Below are positions 21,136 to 31,326 of a stretch of 64,000 nucleotides of DNA, in pieces. A program made the translations under genes and the position numbers. The notes below the pieces were generated by a model that searched no databases, had not been told where the DNA came from, and saw only the letters and a list, made by a program, of their open reading frames with translations. Position 1 is the stretch's first letter; every line of letters begins with the position of its first letter. Source of the DNA: an uncultured virus (IMG/VR IMGVR_UViG_3300045253_000007). Lineage: Duplodnaviria > Heunggongvirae > Uroviricota > Caudoviricetes. The stretch lies in the IMG/VR virus record IMGVR_UViG_3300045253_000007; one strand, written 5' to 3'.

Positions 21136-24100
21136 TGGCTAGACTGCTACTTCCGGCTTTACAGCCGGGTCACAACTACTACATGCAGTTCAGGGCTAGC
21201 GACGGTAACTCTGTATCCGACTGGTCCAACCGATTTTCAATAAGTACAACATCAGATGTTATAGCCCCAGACATTCCTGCGTGGGCTGTTAGCAATCCTT
21301 GGGTTGTTAGCGCAGACTCTTTCGTCGCAACATGGCAGCCTATCAACATGACCCTTGACCAAAACAAGGACTTTGACCACTATGAAATAACACTTTCTAA
21401 CGGTACTGCAACAACAACCATCAGAACCACTAATGTTTCATATACATTAACATTTGACCAGAATAGAATCCTATTCGGAACTCCTGCTGCAACTGTTACT
21501 GCAAAGATTCGTTCAGTTGATGCTGTTGGTAATACCAGCGCCTACAATGCTACCACCCAGAGCGCCACAAATCCAGCGCCTACAAATGTTGCATCTGTCA
21601 CTGTAACTCCTCTCTATAACGCACTACAGTTTGAGTGGCCGGTAGTTGCAGATACAGACTTAATTGGTTATAGAGTAGACCTTTCTACAACATCTAGTAG
21701 CACCGGTTTTTCAACTGTGTACCAAAATCTAAATAACTCTTATACTTATCCAACAACGGCATTCTTGACTAGTTACTGGGTTAGAGTTTATGCTGTAGAT
21801 AAGTTCGGAACCGTATCAGCAAGCCCTATTGGTGCTGGTCCGTTCAGTCCAAAGAGCACTTTCACAATAGACACCACGCCTCCTGCCAATCCGGGAACTG
21901 TTACTGCTACGCCTAGTTTCAATACCACAACTCAGGAAGGTTACATGGACCTATCTTGGCCTCTGGGTGCGGAAGCAGACCTACAGGATTACATTGTTGA
22001 ATATGGTCAAGTAACTGGTCAGTACACATACCAAGTAGTTGATAAGGCAAATCACGCTACCAGACTTGTTGTCGTTCCGGGCAAGGCTTACTACATTGGT
22101 GTCGCAGCAAGAGACTATTCTGGTAACGTTTCTGGTTACACATCACCAGCAGGTAATCCTATTACTTCCACGGCAGACACAACCGCTCCTAGCCAACCTG
22201 CCGCTCCTACCGCTGTAGCAAATACGTTACAGATTCAGGTAAGCCATAGCGGTCTAAAGCAGGCTGGTGGAATACTTGAAAGAGATACTGATTATTATGA
22301 GGTATACGCAGGAACTGCTGCTGCTCCTACAAATATGATTGGTACCATGCAGGCTAGCACGCTTGACGAAAGCGCGGTAGGAACATTCAATATTCCGGCG
22401 TCCGGTGGTGGAGCAACACAGAACTGGATTACTCGCGTCAAGGCTGTTGATATCGCTGGTAACAAGTCATCTTTCTCACCTGACTCGGCAGCCGCAGGAG
22501 TAGGACTAATTGCTGCTACCAACATCGTTAACGCAACCATTACCAGCGCGCAGATTGGAAGCGTCAATGCAAACCTAATCATCGCCGGTACGGGTATCAT
22601 CAACGACCTAGTAGTCAAGTCTAACCTTACTCTTGGAGATAGCGCCACAAATGGTGTCCTTAGGTCATCAGATTATCTAATTAGTGGTGGCAAGAGAGGT
22701 TTCTACCTAGATAGCACACAGTTGGTTATCAACGCCGGTAGTATCTCAGCAGCAGCAATCAATATTTCTGATAGCGTCAATCTCCTATCATATGATTATG
22801 CAGCATTTGAGTATGCAGCATCATACTACCTACCAAGCGGAGCAAACAATCAGATTACTATTACTGGATTTTCTGTTCCAACTGGTTTCAGCACCTTCCA
22901 GTCAAAGTTCGGAACCCAGTGCTTCCAAGTCACTTCTTCTGCGCCGACAACCGTCCTTTTTGACAACGACCCATCAGGTGTTCCTTCTGGAAAGAACAAC
23001 CTAACCGCAAATAGTGATTATACGGTTTCATTCTATTACAGGGTTCAGTCCGGTACTGTGGGAGCATGGATTCCAAAGGTTAGGGTAAAGACTGGTACTT
23101 CAACATTCTTAGATGTTGCTATGACTGCTTTCACGCCGGTAGCAGACAGTGTGTGGAGAAGGTACATTGGTAACGTAAATATTCCACCATCTTCACTAGG
23201 CCCAGCAGCATTGGTATTTACTACGGCTACGTCATCAATGACTACCACTTTTGATGGTATGCAGATTGAAGCAACTTCAACTGTATTGCCAACCAACAAC
23301 AACTTTGAAACTGCTGTAACTCCTTGGTCACAGATGACAAACGCTCCAACACTTTCTGTATCTCCAACGCAGTTCTTGTCTGGTTCAAACTCACTAAAGT
23401 CAATCTCAACAGCAAACGGAACTTTGGCTGTAAAGTCATACACAACCGTATTGACAGATGCGTTCCCTGTTACTGTTGGCGCTACCTATCAGGGTTCAAT
23501 TTGGATGTTTGGTGCTGCGACCAACAGGTCAGCAAGAATGAACCTACAGTATTGGGATGCTTCCGGCGCATCTTTGGGAACTGTAATAGGTGATTCTAAC
23601 ACCATTAATAACACAGGATGGACATATCTAGAAAGTCCAACCTTCCTTGTGCCTGCTGGCTGTGCATATGTATCAATGTACTACGAAGTTCTTGCGACAG
23701 TATCAACAGAAATTTTCTATGCAGATGTTGCAAAGTTCTGGAACGTCGCTGCTACACAGTATCGCGACCCCGGTGGAACAACTATCAATGGTAGCCTAAT
23801 CAGAACTGGTGCTATCAGTTCATACAACAGTCTTACCATTAATGGTGTAACGTTGCCAACTTGGAGCATTGATACCGCTGGTGCTGCTCAGTTCGGAAGC
23901 CTATTAATTCGCGGTAACGCAATAGTTGGTTCTAACTCAGCAGAAGGAACTGGCTCCAACATTCAATCCTACTCATATGTGGCTGGGGTAACAGGTTGGA
24001 ACATCAACTCAGATGGTAGCGCAGAGTTTGTCAATATGACTCTTTCTGGTAACTTGCTTGGAGCAGATGCTCAGTTCTCAGGAAGTCTTAACGTTCTTGG

Positions 24101-26318
24101 TAGTATCTCTGCTAACGGTTTGATGGGTGAGCAGATTCTAACCGACTCTGCTGGTTTCCACGTTTATAGTCCATATTCTGTAAACGTCAACAACGTTGTG
24201 TCTACATCTAATACCGTCACAGCAACAGCGGCTCAGAACCATGGTTTTGTTGTTGGAAACAAGTTGGTTATTTCTAATGTTGGCCTTTCTTGCGACGGTA
24301 CGTGGACAGTTGCATCCACACCAAGCCTAACAACGTTTACATTTGTCACTACAGCGTCCGGTACATTTGGTTCTACTGCCGTAACTGGTCTTGCCCAGTC
24401 TTTTTCAACAGACCCCGGTGTACAGCGTCAAAAGTTGATTGAGTTTCCTACCGATGGTACCAATCCAAACATTATTTCTGGTAACCTAACAGCAGATACT
24501 CTTACCGTTAATATTGGTGCTACTTTGGGTGGAACCACAACCTTGCCTATCAGTTCAAGCCTAGTAATTGGTGCTAAGATTGTTGCTCCTACATCAGCAC
24601 CTACAGTAACAAGGAATTATAACGACAACAACTTGTCTGGTGGCTCCGGTGGAACAACATATGGTATTTGTAAGGGTGATACAGGTAACTACTTTATCGT
24701 TAATAGAACGGCAGGTACCAACTACATTCAAGAGTTCAACATTGCTACAGGTGCATTTGTATCAACAAAGTTTACTGACGCAACAACATCAGTATTCGGC
24801 GGTGTTACTCAATACTACTACTATAATGGAATTGTATACGATTCAACCAACTCCCTATATCACGTAGAGGTCACCACTGAAAGTGGTCAATATACACTTT
24901 ATGGTGGAAGAAAGATTATATACACATTCAATACATCTTGGACAAAGATAAACAGTTATACTGTCTTGTTCGAAGGTTATAACGTATTCCACAACAATGG
25001 AACGATAGGATGGGACTACGTAAACAGTAGACCACTAATCATTTACAATGACGGTACAAACTTGAAGGTGACTCCCATTGGCCTTGCCACCGCTGTTCCA
25101 AATATTACTGGTGGTAGTGCTATTGCTGGTATCCCAAGTAGTAATATAAGTACAACAACTGTGTCCGGCTCTGGTGCCGGAACCATTACAGACCCATCAT
25201 TTGTAATGAGAATTGGTGCTCTTGATGGTGTTACTGCTGATAGATACTACATCAAGAACAGGGCATTCGGCTCCACCGCTTGGACACAGCAGTACCTACC
25301 TTACAACAACACTCTAGCAACCAACCAGACAAATGAACAATGGGTTTGTGCTTACTCTGCAACGGAATCTGCTGCTTATTATGATTCTACAGCAACGAAG
25401 ATTTATGGTATTCAGGGACAGAAGGTTGTTGAATACCAAACAAACGACGCATTTTGGAGTTCTGATGCAAGTATCAGTCACTATCGCTGGATTGGATATT
25501 CTTGGTATAACTCTGGTAATACTCATGAGACAGACCTAAGCCCAAGAAACAAGTACACATTTATCAAGCGTTCTCAGGCATCTGTAACAATTGTTTCTAT
25601 TCCTAAGGGCGGTACTGACACGCCAGACTCAGCAAGGATATACATGGCTGATACCGGTACGGTTGGTACCGAACCTACTCTTAACCCGCCTGCTGGTGGA
25701 GGTCCGTGGCACCTAAGAGCAACCGTAACATATCCAAGCCAGACAGTTGCTATTGTATCAAACAACGGTACTACGGGTGGACAGCCTCTAACTACCGGAA
25801 CAGTAACCTTCACTGGTGGTACCGTTGCTGCTATTAATTCAACAACATCAGACTCATTGGGTCCTCTAGTTAATATTAATGGTGATGGTACTTGGAGAAT
25901 GTCTGGCTCTGTTAAGAGAGTTGGTACCGGTGTAATCGCTTCCTCTACTACGGTAACTGCTAGCACCGTAGCACAGAACGCAGGAAGTGTAACATTTGCA
26001 CTAAAGGCTGGTGCTCGATATAGAGCAACTTGGATGGGAAACGTTGTGCCGGGAACTGCTGGACAGTATTTCAATATTGATTTTAAGCATGGTGTTTCTG
26101 CAAGCACAGGTGGAACGGTGTTTGCGCGTTCATTCTGGGATTGTAGAGCGGTAGGTCGTATTGTAACTGCATCCCTAATTAGTGAATTCATTGCTCCAAC
26201 AACACAAACAGAAAACGTGGTTGCCGTACTAACTGGACAAGGTGGAACAGCAGGACTTTATGATGATGGTACCGCCGGAAGTTTCGCAGCGTACCTTGTA
26301 GTGGATGAGATTACCTAA
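21135..26318 (+). CDS. tail fibre / receptor-binding protein with FN3-like and carbohydrate-binding-like domains
   Basis: 1727 aa; repeated DTTPP...W...Y...AVD..GN.S FN3 patterns and NNNFET...GSNSLK CBM-like segments. Confidence 0.8.
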   Translation: MARLLLPALQPGHNYYMQFRASDGNSVSDWSNRFSISTTSDVIAPDIPAWAVSNPWVVSADSFVATWQPINMTLDQNKDFDHYEITLSNGTATTTIRTTNVSYTLTFDQNRILFGTPAATVTAKIRSVDAVGNTSAYNATTQSATNPAPTNVASVTVTPLYNALQFEWPVVADTDLIGYRVDLSTTSSSTGFSTVYQNLNNSYTYPTTAFLTSYWVRVYAVDKFGTVSASPIGAGPFSPKSTFTIDTTPPANPGTVTATPSFNTTTQEGYMDLSWPLGAEADLQDYIVEYGQVTGQYTYQVVDKANHATRLVVVPGKAYYIGVAARDYSGNVSGYTSPAGNPITSTADTTAPSQPAAPTAVANTLQIQVSHSGLKQAGGILERDTDYYEVYAGTAAAPTNMIGTMQASTLDESAVGTFNIPASGGGATQNWITRVKAVDIAGNKSSFSPDSAAAGVGLIAATNIVNATITSAQIGSVNANLIIAGTGIINDLVVKSNLTLGDSATNGVLRSSDYLISGGKRGFYLDSTQLVINAGSISAAAINISDSVNLLSYDYAAFEYAASYYLPSGANNQITITGFSVPTGFSTFQSKFGTQCFQVTSSAPTTVLFDNDPSGVPSGKNNLTANSDYTVSFYYRVQSGTVGAWIPKVRVKTGTSTFLDVAMTAFTPVADSVWRRYIGNVNIPPSSLGPAALVFTTATSSMTTTFDGMQIEATSTVLPTNNNFETAVTPWSQMTNAPTLSVSPTQFLSGSNSLKSISTANGTLAVKSYTTVLTDAFPVTVGATYQGSIWMFGAATNRSARMNLQYWDASGASLGTVIGDSNTINNTGWTYLESPTFLVPAGCAYVSMYYEVLATVSTEIFYADVAKFWNVAATQYRDPGGTTINGSLIRTGAISSYNSLTINGVTLPTWSIDTAGAAQFGSLLIRGNAIVGSNSAEGTGSNIQSYSYVAGVTGWNINSDGSAEFVNMTLSGNLLGADAQFSGSLNVLGSISANGLMGEQILTDSAGFHVYSPYSVNVNNVVSTSNTVTATAAQNHGFVVGNKLVISNVGLSCDGTWTVASTPSLTTFTFVTTASGTFGSTAVTGLAQSFSTDPGVQRQKLIEFPTDGTNPNIISGNLTADTLTVNIGATLGGTTTLPISSSLVIGAKIVAPTSAPTVTRNYNDNNLSGGSGGTTYGICKGDTGNYFIVNRTAGTNYIQEFNIATGAFVSTKFTDATTSVFGGVTQYYYYNGIVYDSTNSLYHVEVTTESGQYTLYGGRKIIYTFNTSWTKINSYTVLFEGYNVFHNNGTIGWDYVNSRPLIIYNDGTNLKVTPIGLATAVPNITGGSAIAGIPSSNISTTTVSGSGAGTITDPSFVMRIGALDGVTADRYYIKNRAFGSTAWTQQYLPYNNTLATNQTNEQWVCAYSATESAAYYDSTATKIYGIQGQKVVEYQTNDAFWSSDASISHYRWIGYSWYNSGNTHETDLSPRNKYTFIKRSQASVTIVSIPKGGTDTPDSARIYMADTGTVGTEPTLNPPAGGGPWHLRATVTYPSQTVAIVSNNGTTGGQPLTTGTVTFTGGTVAAINSTTSDSLGPLVNINGDGTWRMSGSVKRVGTGVIASSTTVTASTVAQNAGSVTFALKAGARYRATWMGNVVPGTAGQYFNIDFKHGVSASTGGTVFARSFWDCRAVGRIVTASLISEFIAPTTQTENVVAVLTGQGGTAGLYDDGTAGSFAAYLVVDEIT

Positions 26319-26321
26319 GAC

Positions 26322-26350
26322 TTGACACTGGCCGGTAGGCCAGTTATACT
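26322..26350 (+). promoter_or_regulatory. sigma70-type promoter with palindromic spacer
   Basis: TTGACA-17-TATACT; ACTGGCC-GGTA-GGCCAGT inverted repeat. Confidence 0.85.
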
Positions 26351-26373
26351 TACAACAACAAAGAAAGAGAAAT

Positions 26374-26673
26374 ATGACTATACAGCAAACAGAACAAACA
26401 GTACCTACTAGAGATGCTTTAAAGGTACAAGCAATTACACAACGTATTGCAGAGATTGTAGCACAGTACGAAGAGAGAAATGCTGACCTGCGCGCAGAAG
26501 CAACTCTGACCATTGGTGAACTTAACCAGCGTATCCAGAGTTTGTCTAGTGAGTTGCAGGCTGCACAGGCTCAAATTGAGTATCTTTCATCACCAGCAGA
26601 ACCAGAACAGGTTCCGGCAGAAGAGACGGTCCCGGTAGATGAAGTTCCGCAGAAGTCAACGAGACGTAAGTAA
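26374..26673 (+). CDS. coiled-coil hypothetical protein
   Basis: 99 aa with heptad pattern. Confidence 0.65.
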   Translation: MTIQQTEQTVPTRDALKVQAITQRIAEIVAQYEERNADLRAEATLTIGELNQRIQSLSSELQAAQAQIEYLSSPAEPEQVPAEETVPVDEVPQKSTRRK

Positions 26674-27058
26674 TCAGTATATCCCCCTAACACCACAGGA
26701 CTATCCTGCTGGTGTAGCAGTTCAAACTGCTAAGGGGGCTTATCTGATTAATAAGGACGGTAAGAAGTACAGGATACCTTCAAAGAAGGTCCTAGACTCA
26801 TGGAATTTCCCTATCGTCGTCATCACTACCGAACTGGCATTGGAGAAGTACCCTACCGCCGTTCGTAAGTTGCCGTACCGTGACGGCTCTTTGCTAAATA
26901 ACATTGCCGATGGTAAACTGTATTTAGTATCAGCAGCAACTTTACGACATATAACGTCGCCGGAAGTATTCAGACGACTTGGTGTTTCCAAGGAAGATGC
27001 CATAGTTGTTTCTGATGTTGAAATCAAATCTATGGACATGGGAGCAGAAATATACTAA
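26639..27058 (+). CDS. hypothetical protein
   Basis: 139 aa with internal repeat (YLI..DGKK / YLVS...LR). Confidence 0.65.
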   Translation: MKFRRSQRDVSNQYIPLTPQDYPAGVAVQTAKGAYLINKDGKKYRIPSKKVLDSWNFPIVVITTELALEKYPTAVRKLPYRDGSLLNNIADGKLYLVSAATLRHITSPEVFRRLGVSKEDAIVVSDVEIKSMDMGAEIY

Positions 27059-27496
27059 ATGTCATCAGCGCAGTTCAACGTTATTAGTTGGAACCCCAAC
27101 GACGCTTTGTCACCAGATAAACTACAGACGATGAGCGATAACGACGTGTACCTGCTTAACAACATGGCCCGTGCTCAGTACAATGGTTCCGGCATAAAGA
27201 AGGATACTGGAATCAGGATTGCTTCCGGCCTTGCGTTGATTACCGCTCGCAAGTCTAGGTACGCCACCGTTGCAGTAAACTTCAATAGTTATTTCAGCCA
27301 GAGTTGCAAGCCTCAGGTCACGACCGGTATAGTTGCAGATTCCCAGCGTCAGATATGGGCGACCCTACAGGGTCCGGGAGCGAACCTTCTGCCTACCTCT
27401 GATGGTTTCCAGATAACAGCCTACGTCGATACCCTAACCAAGATTAAGAAGATTACACGTAACTTCTATGTGTCTTGGCACGCTTTGGGGTACTAA
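27059..27496 (+). CDS. putative minor tail protein, paralog 1
   Basis: Clearly similar to the next ORF. Confidence 0.65.
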   Translation: MSSAQFNVISWNPNDALSPDKLQTMSDNDVYLLNNMARAQYNGSGIKKDTGIRIASGLALITARKSRYATVAVNFNSYFSQSCKPQVTTGIVADSQRQIWATLQGPGANLLPTSDGFQITAYVDTLTKIKKITRNFYVSWHALGY

Positions 27497-27945
27497 TGGC
27501 ATCAACAGAGTTCAAGGTAGTTTCATGGGCAGCCAACGTACCTTTCACAGATGACATGATTGATACGATGGTTAACAATGACAATTTCTTGTTCAACAAC
27601 ATAACACAAGCAGACCAAAGCAAGACTCGTCCAGCAACAGACCACAGCCCGGTAACATCAACTAAGATAGCATCTGGCTTAGCCCTTATTACCTCTAGCA
27701 AGTCTAGGGAGAGGGTAGCAACAATCAGTTTTAACAGTTATTTTTCTCCAAAGTGTTTGCCTATAGTTACAACAGATATTGTGTCAAACTATCAGAGAAC
27801 GCTGTACGTGACGGTACAAGGTTTTTCAAGAAGCCTTAGACCTACCGCCGCAGGGTTCCACGCACATGTCTTTGCAGAAACGTTATCAAAGACTAAGAGC
27901 ATTCCTAGGAATGTGTATGTCTCTTGGAAGGCTCTAGGTTATTAA
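27496..27945 (+). CDS. putative minor tail protein, paralog 2
   Basis: TAATG-coupled start; shares IASGLALIT, FNSYFS and YVSW.ALGY with paralog 1. Confidence 0.65.
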   Translation: MASTEFKVVSWAANVPFTDDMIDTMVNNDNFLFNNITQADQSKTRPATDHSPVTSTKIASGLALITSSKSRERVATISFNSYFSPKCLPIVTTDIVSNYQRTLYVTVQGFSRSLRPTAAGFHAHVFAETLSKTKSIPRNVYVSWKALGY

Positions 27946-27967
27946 AATATAGAGGGGACTGTCGGTA

Positions 27968-28240
27968 TTGGCGAAAAGCCGATACAAGGGCAGGTACTAC
28001 TCTCCGAAGCGTAGAGCAGTCTACGCTGAGGGAGACCAGATTGACCACCTGACCCTGTTTGAACTACACAACTGGATATGTAATATTTGCAAGGAAACGA
28101 TAGACCCACATCGTAGATTCCCAGACCCGCTTGCGGCGACGGTAGAGCATGTCATTCCTTTGTGTAAAGGTGGAACACACACTTGGGATAATGTTAGACC
28201 GGCACACGCCACTTGTAATTTTATAAAAGGTGCCGCATAA
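27968..28240 (+). CDS. HNH endonuclease
   Basis: CNIC...EHVIPLCKGG.HTWDN...HATCN. Confidence 0.85.
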   Translation: MAKSRYKGRYYSPKRRAVYAEGDQIDHLTLFELHNWICNICKETIDPHRRFPDPLAATVEHVIPLCKGGTHTWDNVRPAHATCNFIKGAA

Positions 28241-28247
28241 TTAACTC

Positions 28248-28832
28248 ATGAAGAATTGGAAAACGTTAACCGCTAGTAGTTTAACGGCATTAGCAATAGC
28301 AGTGCCGATATATGCAGTTGCCCAAGATGCAAGTGGTTCTGCTGCACCTACCGCCGAAATTACTTTACCTCCTGTAACGGCAACAGTCCCCAGCGAGACG
28401 GTGACCTTGCCGGTAGCAACTGTGACGCTACCTCCTAGAGCGGTGACCGTACAACCCTCGCCAATCTCTGTGCCGCTTCCTACGGAATTAATAACCATCC
28501 GCGGGCCGGTAGTCATTCATCATGCTACTAATACCGTGACGGCCCATGTGACGGCTGTGAAGACCATATCTGCGCCAAGCAAGACCAAGACCGTCACGGT
28601 AACCAAGGTCAAGACAAAACTTAGAACCGTTCTGAGAAATCAGAAAGTCACAGAACACAACACCGTCATAAAGAGAATTATTTTCACTACTGTATTGAGT
28701 ATCGCTTTTGCTATACTTGGTTGCATTGGTATGTTGGTCGGATACTGGCTGGGCCGCAAGGACCAGCAACGCAACGAAAAGCACTTCTTGGGTAGCGTGT
28801 TAGATTCAATAACCTCCATCAAGAACCGCTAG
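28248..28832 (+). CDS. exported, C-terminally anchored Pro/Thr/Val-rich membrane protein
   Basis: N-terminal signal peptide, VTLPP-like repeats, C-terminal TM helix. Confidence 0.7.
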   Translation: MKNWKTLTASSLTALAIAVPIYAVAQDASGSAAPTAEITLPPVTATVPSETVTLPVATVTLPPRAVTVQPSPISVPLPTELITIRGPVVIHHATNTVTAHVTAVKTISAPSKTKTVTVTKVKTKLRTVLRNQKVTEHNTVIKRIIFTTVLSIAFAILGCIGMLVGYWLGRKDQQRNEKHFLGSVLDSITSIKNR

Positions 28833-28858
28833 CAAATTGTCTCAACATGTGGTATAGT
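28830..28858 (+). promoter_or_regulatory. sigma70-type promoter
   Basis: TAGCAA-17-TATAGT with TG extension. Confidence 0.6.
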
Positions 28859-28942
28859 TGTCCCATCAACTGAACACGGCCCGGTAAACGAGAAGTCGAG
28901 ACAACCGCACGCCCGATGTTCATTTGAAACAGAAGGAAATAA

Positions 28943-29812
28943 ATGAACAATGTAATGAAATGGGCATTCGTAGGAGACCTACAGATTCCCTATCACGACA
29001 AGCGGGCGGTAGCCTTGTTCTTCAAGGTTATGAAGAGTTGGAAGCCAGATGTTATTGATGTCGTAGGAGACATTGATGACCAATTGGAGTATTCTACATT
29101 CAGCGACGGTACGACAGACGAGTTCTTCTCCGAGATTAACAAGAATGTCAAGGAGAACGATAAGGCTCTAGCAGCGTACGAAAAGGCAGCCGCTACAGAA
29201 AGTCTAACTGCTTTCAAGCCAGAAATGCTTCCGGTGGACCCTTTACCATTCGTAAGAGAAAATGCCCTAGGCGCTAGAGAATTCTATACAGATTTACGTA
29301 CTGCACACAAGACAGCAGAGATTCATGCCAGCCTAGGAAACCATGATATCCGCATCTTCAAGTACATGGACAAGAAAGCACCGGACTATCTAGATGAAAT
29401 TACGCCTAATATGCTTTGGGGTCTTGATGACCTTGGTATTAGTTGGAGGTTATATGAGTTACCTCCTGTTGAAAGATATGCGGGAATTTATGTCCACCAT
29501 GGCGCTACTACTACAACTACTGGCCTCGCCGTCAAAAACGACATAGAGACATACAACATAAGTTTGGTACGTGGTCACGACCACCGTGGTGGCGTAGTCT
29601 ACAAGTCTTACCCGATGACCGGCCAGAGTTTGGCCGGTATGGGAACAGGTCACCTTTGTGACCCTAGTGGGTACGGCTTGAAGTACACTATTAACCCAGC
29701 ATGGGAGCAAGGTTTCGGCATTGCTTACGTGGTGGACGGTAAGGCTCATCTACAGTTTATCCCAATGCGTGGATACACTTGCGTCGTTGACGGTAAGGTA
29801 TTCAAGGGGTGA
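28943..29812 (+). CDS. calcineurin-like metallophosphoesterase
   Basis: GDLQ, GDIDD, GNHD, HHG and GHDH motifs. Confidence 0.85.
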   Translation: MNNVMKWAFVGDLQIPYHDKRAVALFFKVMKSWKPDVIDVVGDIDDQLEYSTFSDGTTDEFFSEINKNVKENDKALAAYEKAAATESLTAFKPEMLPVDPLPFVRENALGAREFYTDLRTAHKTAEIHASLGNHDIRIFKYMDKKAPDYLDEITPNMLWGLDDLGISWRLYELPPVERYAGIYVHHGATTTTTGLAVKNDIETYNISLVRGHDHRGGVVYKSYPMTGQSLAGMGTGHLCDPSGYGLKYTINPAWEQGFGIAYVVDGKAHLQFIPMRGYTCVVDGKVFKG

Positions 29813-29845
29813 ATCATAAGTCCTTAAGTGGTATAATTAGGTATC

Positions 29846-30094
29846 ATGACTAAGGAGGTTAAGATGAACATTTTCACGAAGTCGTTCTGGAAGGATACTT
29901 CCGAGCGAGTTATTTCTACAGCAGCACAGGCAGCAGTTGGTGTTTTCACCGCAGCACAGTCTAACTTGCTAAATGTAGATTTCAAGGCAGCAGCAGCCGT
30001 AGTTGGCACCGCAGCCCTTGCCTCCTTCTTGAAGGCATTGGTCGCCGGTAAAGTTTCCGGTACAGTAAGTCCTGCCTCTCTAGTTAAGGAATAA
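29846..30094 (+). CDS. holin (r1t-like)
   Basis: FWKDTSERVISTAAQ and two TM segments; true start may be the second ATG after AGGAGG. Confidence 0.8.
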   Translation: MTKEVKMNIFTKSFWKDTSERVISTAAQAAVGVFTAAQSNLLNVDFKAAAAVVGTAALASFLKALVAGKVSGTVSPASLVKE

Positions 30095-30097
30095 GAA

Positions 30098-30268
30098 TTG
30101 ATTATATGCAATAGATGCAAGGGGAAGGTATTCGTAGACCTGACGTTTACAGACAACAGGAACTACGAAACCTTCTGCTTGCGTTGCGGTGATAGGAAGT
30201 TTGTTGGCTACGGTCATCCACTATACCCGCAAATTAAAGAGTATGTGAAGGCGGCACTTGTCGCGTGA
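30098..30268 (+). CDS. small zinc-ribbon protein (not in ORF track)
   Basis: TTG start, 56 aa MIICNRC...CLRCG; GTGA overlap with the next gene. Confidence 0.7.
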   Translation: MIICNRCKGKVFVDLTFTDNRNYETFCLRCGDRKFVGYGHPLYPQIKEYVKAALVA

Positions 30269-30777
30269 CTACCAAGAAGAAGCCTAGGCAAAAGCCTCTA
30301 AGGTATTTCTTCTACCGTGGTGACCTGCACAAGAAGATTCACATTAGTCGAGGCGATGACCTTATTACCGCTTGGAATTATCCCAAGGGTAAGATGTTCA
30401 AGTACATTTACTCAGATGTTCGCAAAAACGGCGAACAAGCATTCACGACCCCACAGGTCGCTGAAATGATGGGGCGTACCGCCGAGAACGTATGGAGACA
30501 CATCAGTTTTGGTGATGTCAAGATGCCGCAGCACACATACGGACTAGATGAGAACAGGAATATCTTCAAGTACATGTGGTCTGAGAAGGACATCATGGAC
30601 TTGCACAGTTATTTGAAAACTGTCCACATCGGCAGACCACGAGCAGACGGTTTGGTTAGCACAGGAAAACTACCAACCGCTGCCGAGTTGCGCGCCATGG
30701 TGAGACAGGGTACAGTTCTGTACGTGAAGGATAGCGAAGGCAACTTCGTCCCGACATGGCAGGCAGAAAAATTATAG
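30265..30777 (+). CDS. HTH DNA-binding protein
   Basis: FTTPQVAEMMGRT HTH-like motif. Confidence 0.65.
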   Translation: MTTKKKPRQKPLRYFFYRGDLHKKIHISRGDDLITAWNYPKGKMFKYIYSDVRKNGEQAFTTPQVAEMMGRTAENVWRHISFGDVKMPQHTYGLDENRNIFKYMWSEKDIMDLHSYLKTVHIGRPRADGLVSTGKLPTAAELRAMVRQGTVLYVKDSEGNFVPTWQAEKL

Positions 30778-30784
30778 GAGAAAC

Positions 30785-30988
30785 ATGGGAAGCGTATCAT
30801 ACAGAGCGAGGTTCACTCGTAACATGGGTAACTTCGAATCTCTACAGTTGGAAATTGGCGTAGAGGATGAGCCTCGTGAGGACGAGAAGTTTTCAGAGGC
30901 ATTCAACAGAGTTAAGGCTTTCGTGTCAGAGAGGTTGCTGGATGAGATTGCCGAACTAGAAGCAGAAATCGGTAAGGTTCACAAGTAG
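30785..30988 (+). CDS. hypothetical protein
   Basis: TRNMGNFESL motif; SD AGGAG. Confidence 0.7.
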   Translation: MGSVSYRARFTRNMGNFESLQLEIGVEDEPREDEKFSEAFNRVKAFVSERLLDEIAELEAEIGKVHK

Positions 30989-31326
30989 TGTCCAGTCCGA
31001 AGCAGGCGCATTCAATGTCGTCCTACTTTGGTACCAAGTACAAAGAAAAGTACGGTTTCGCTGCGAAGTTCAATCGTAACATCGCTCGTTGGAACTGGGA
31101 CGGTATGTTGGAGGATATGACGGAGGTCCAGTTGATGGAACTTATTGATTATTACTTCACTACCGTCTCAGTCAACCAGCATTCTTTGGAATGGTTTTTC
31201 TACAACTACGACAAGTTGTTGGAAACCAAAGAGGTCATTGAAAAGGATATAGCAGAACAAGCAATACTGCGCGAGGCCACAAGGATTCGCACAGAGGAAT
31301 GGAGGAAGAGACATGGCAACAACTGA
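30988..31326 (+). CDS. hypothetical protein upstream of the helicase
   Basis: 112 aa, coupled to neighbours. Confidence 0.65.
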   Translation: MSSPKQAHSMSSYFGTKYKEKYGFAAKFNRNIARWNWDGMLEDMTEVQLMELIDYYFTTVSVNQHSLEWFFYNYDKLLETKEVIEKDIAEQAILREATRIRTEEWRKRHGNN

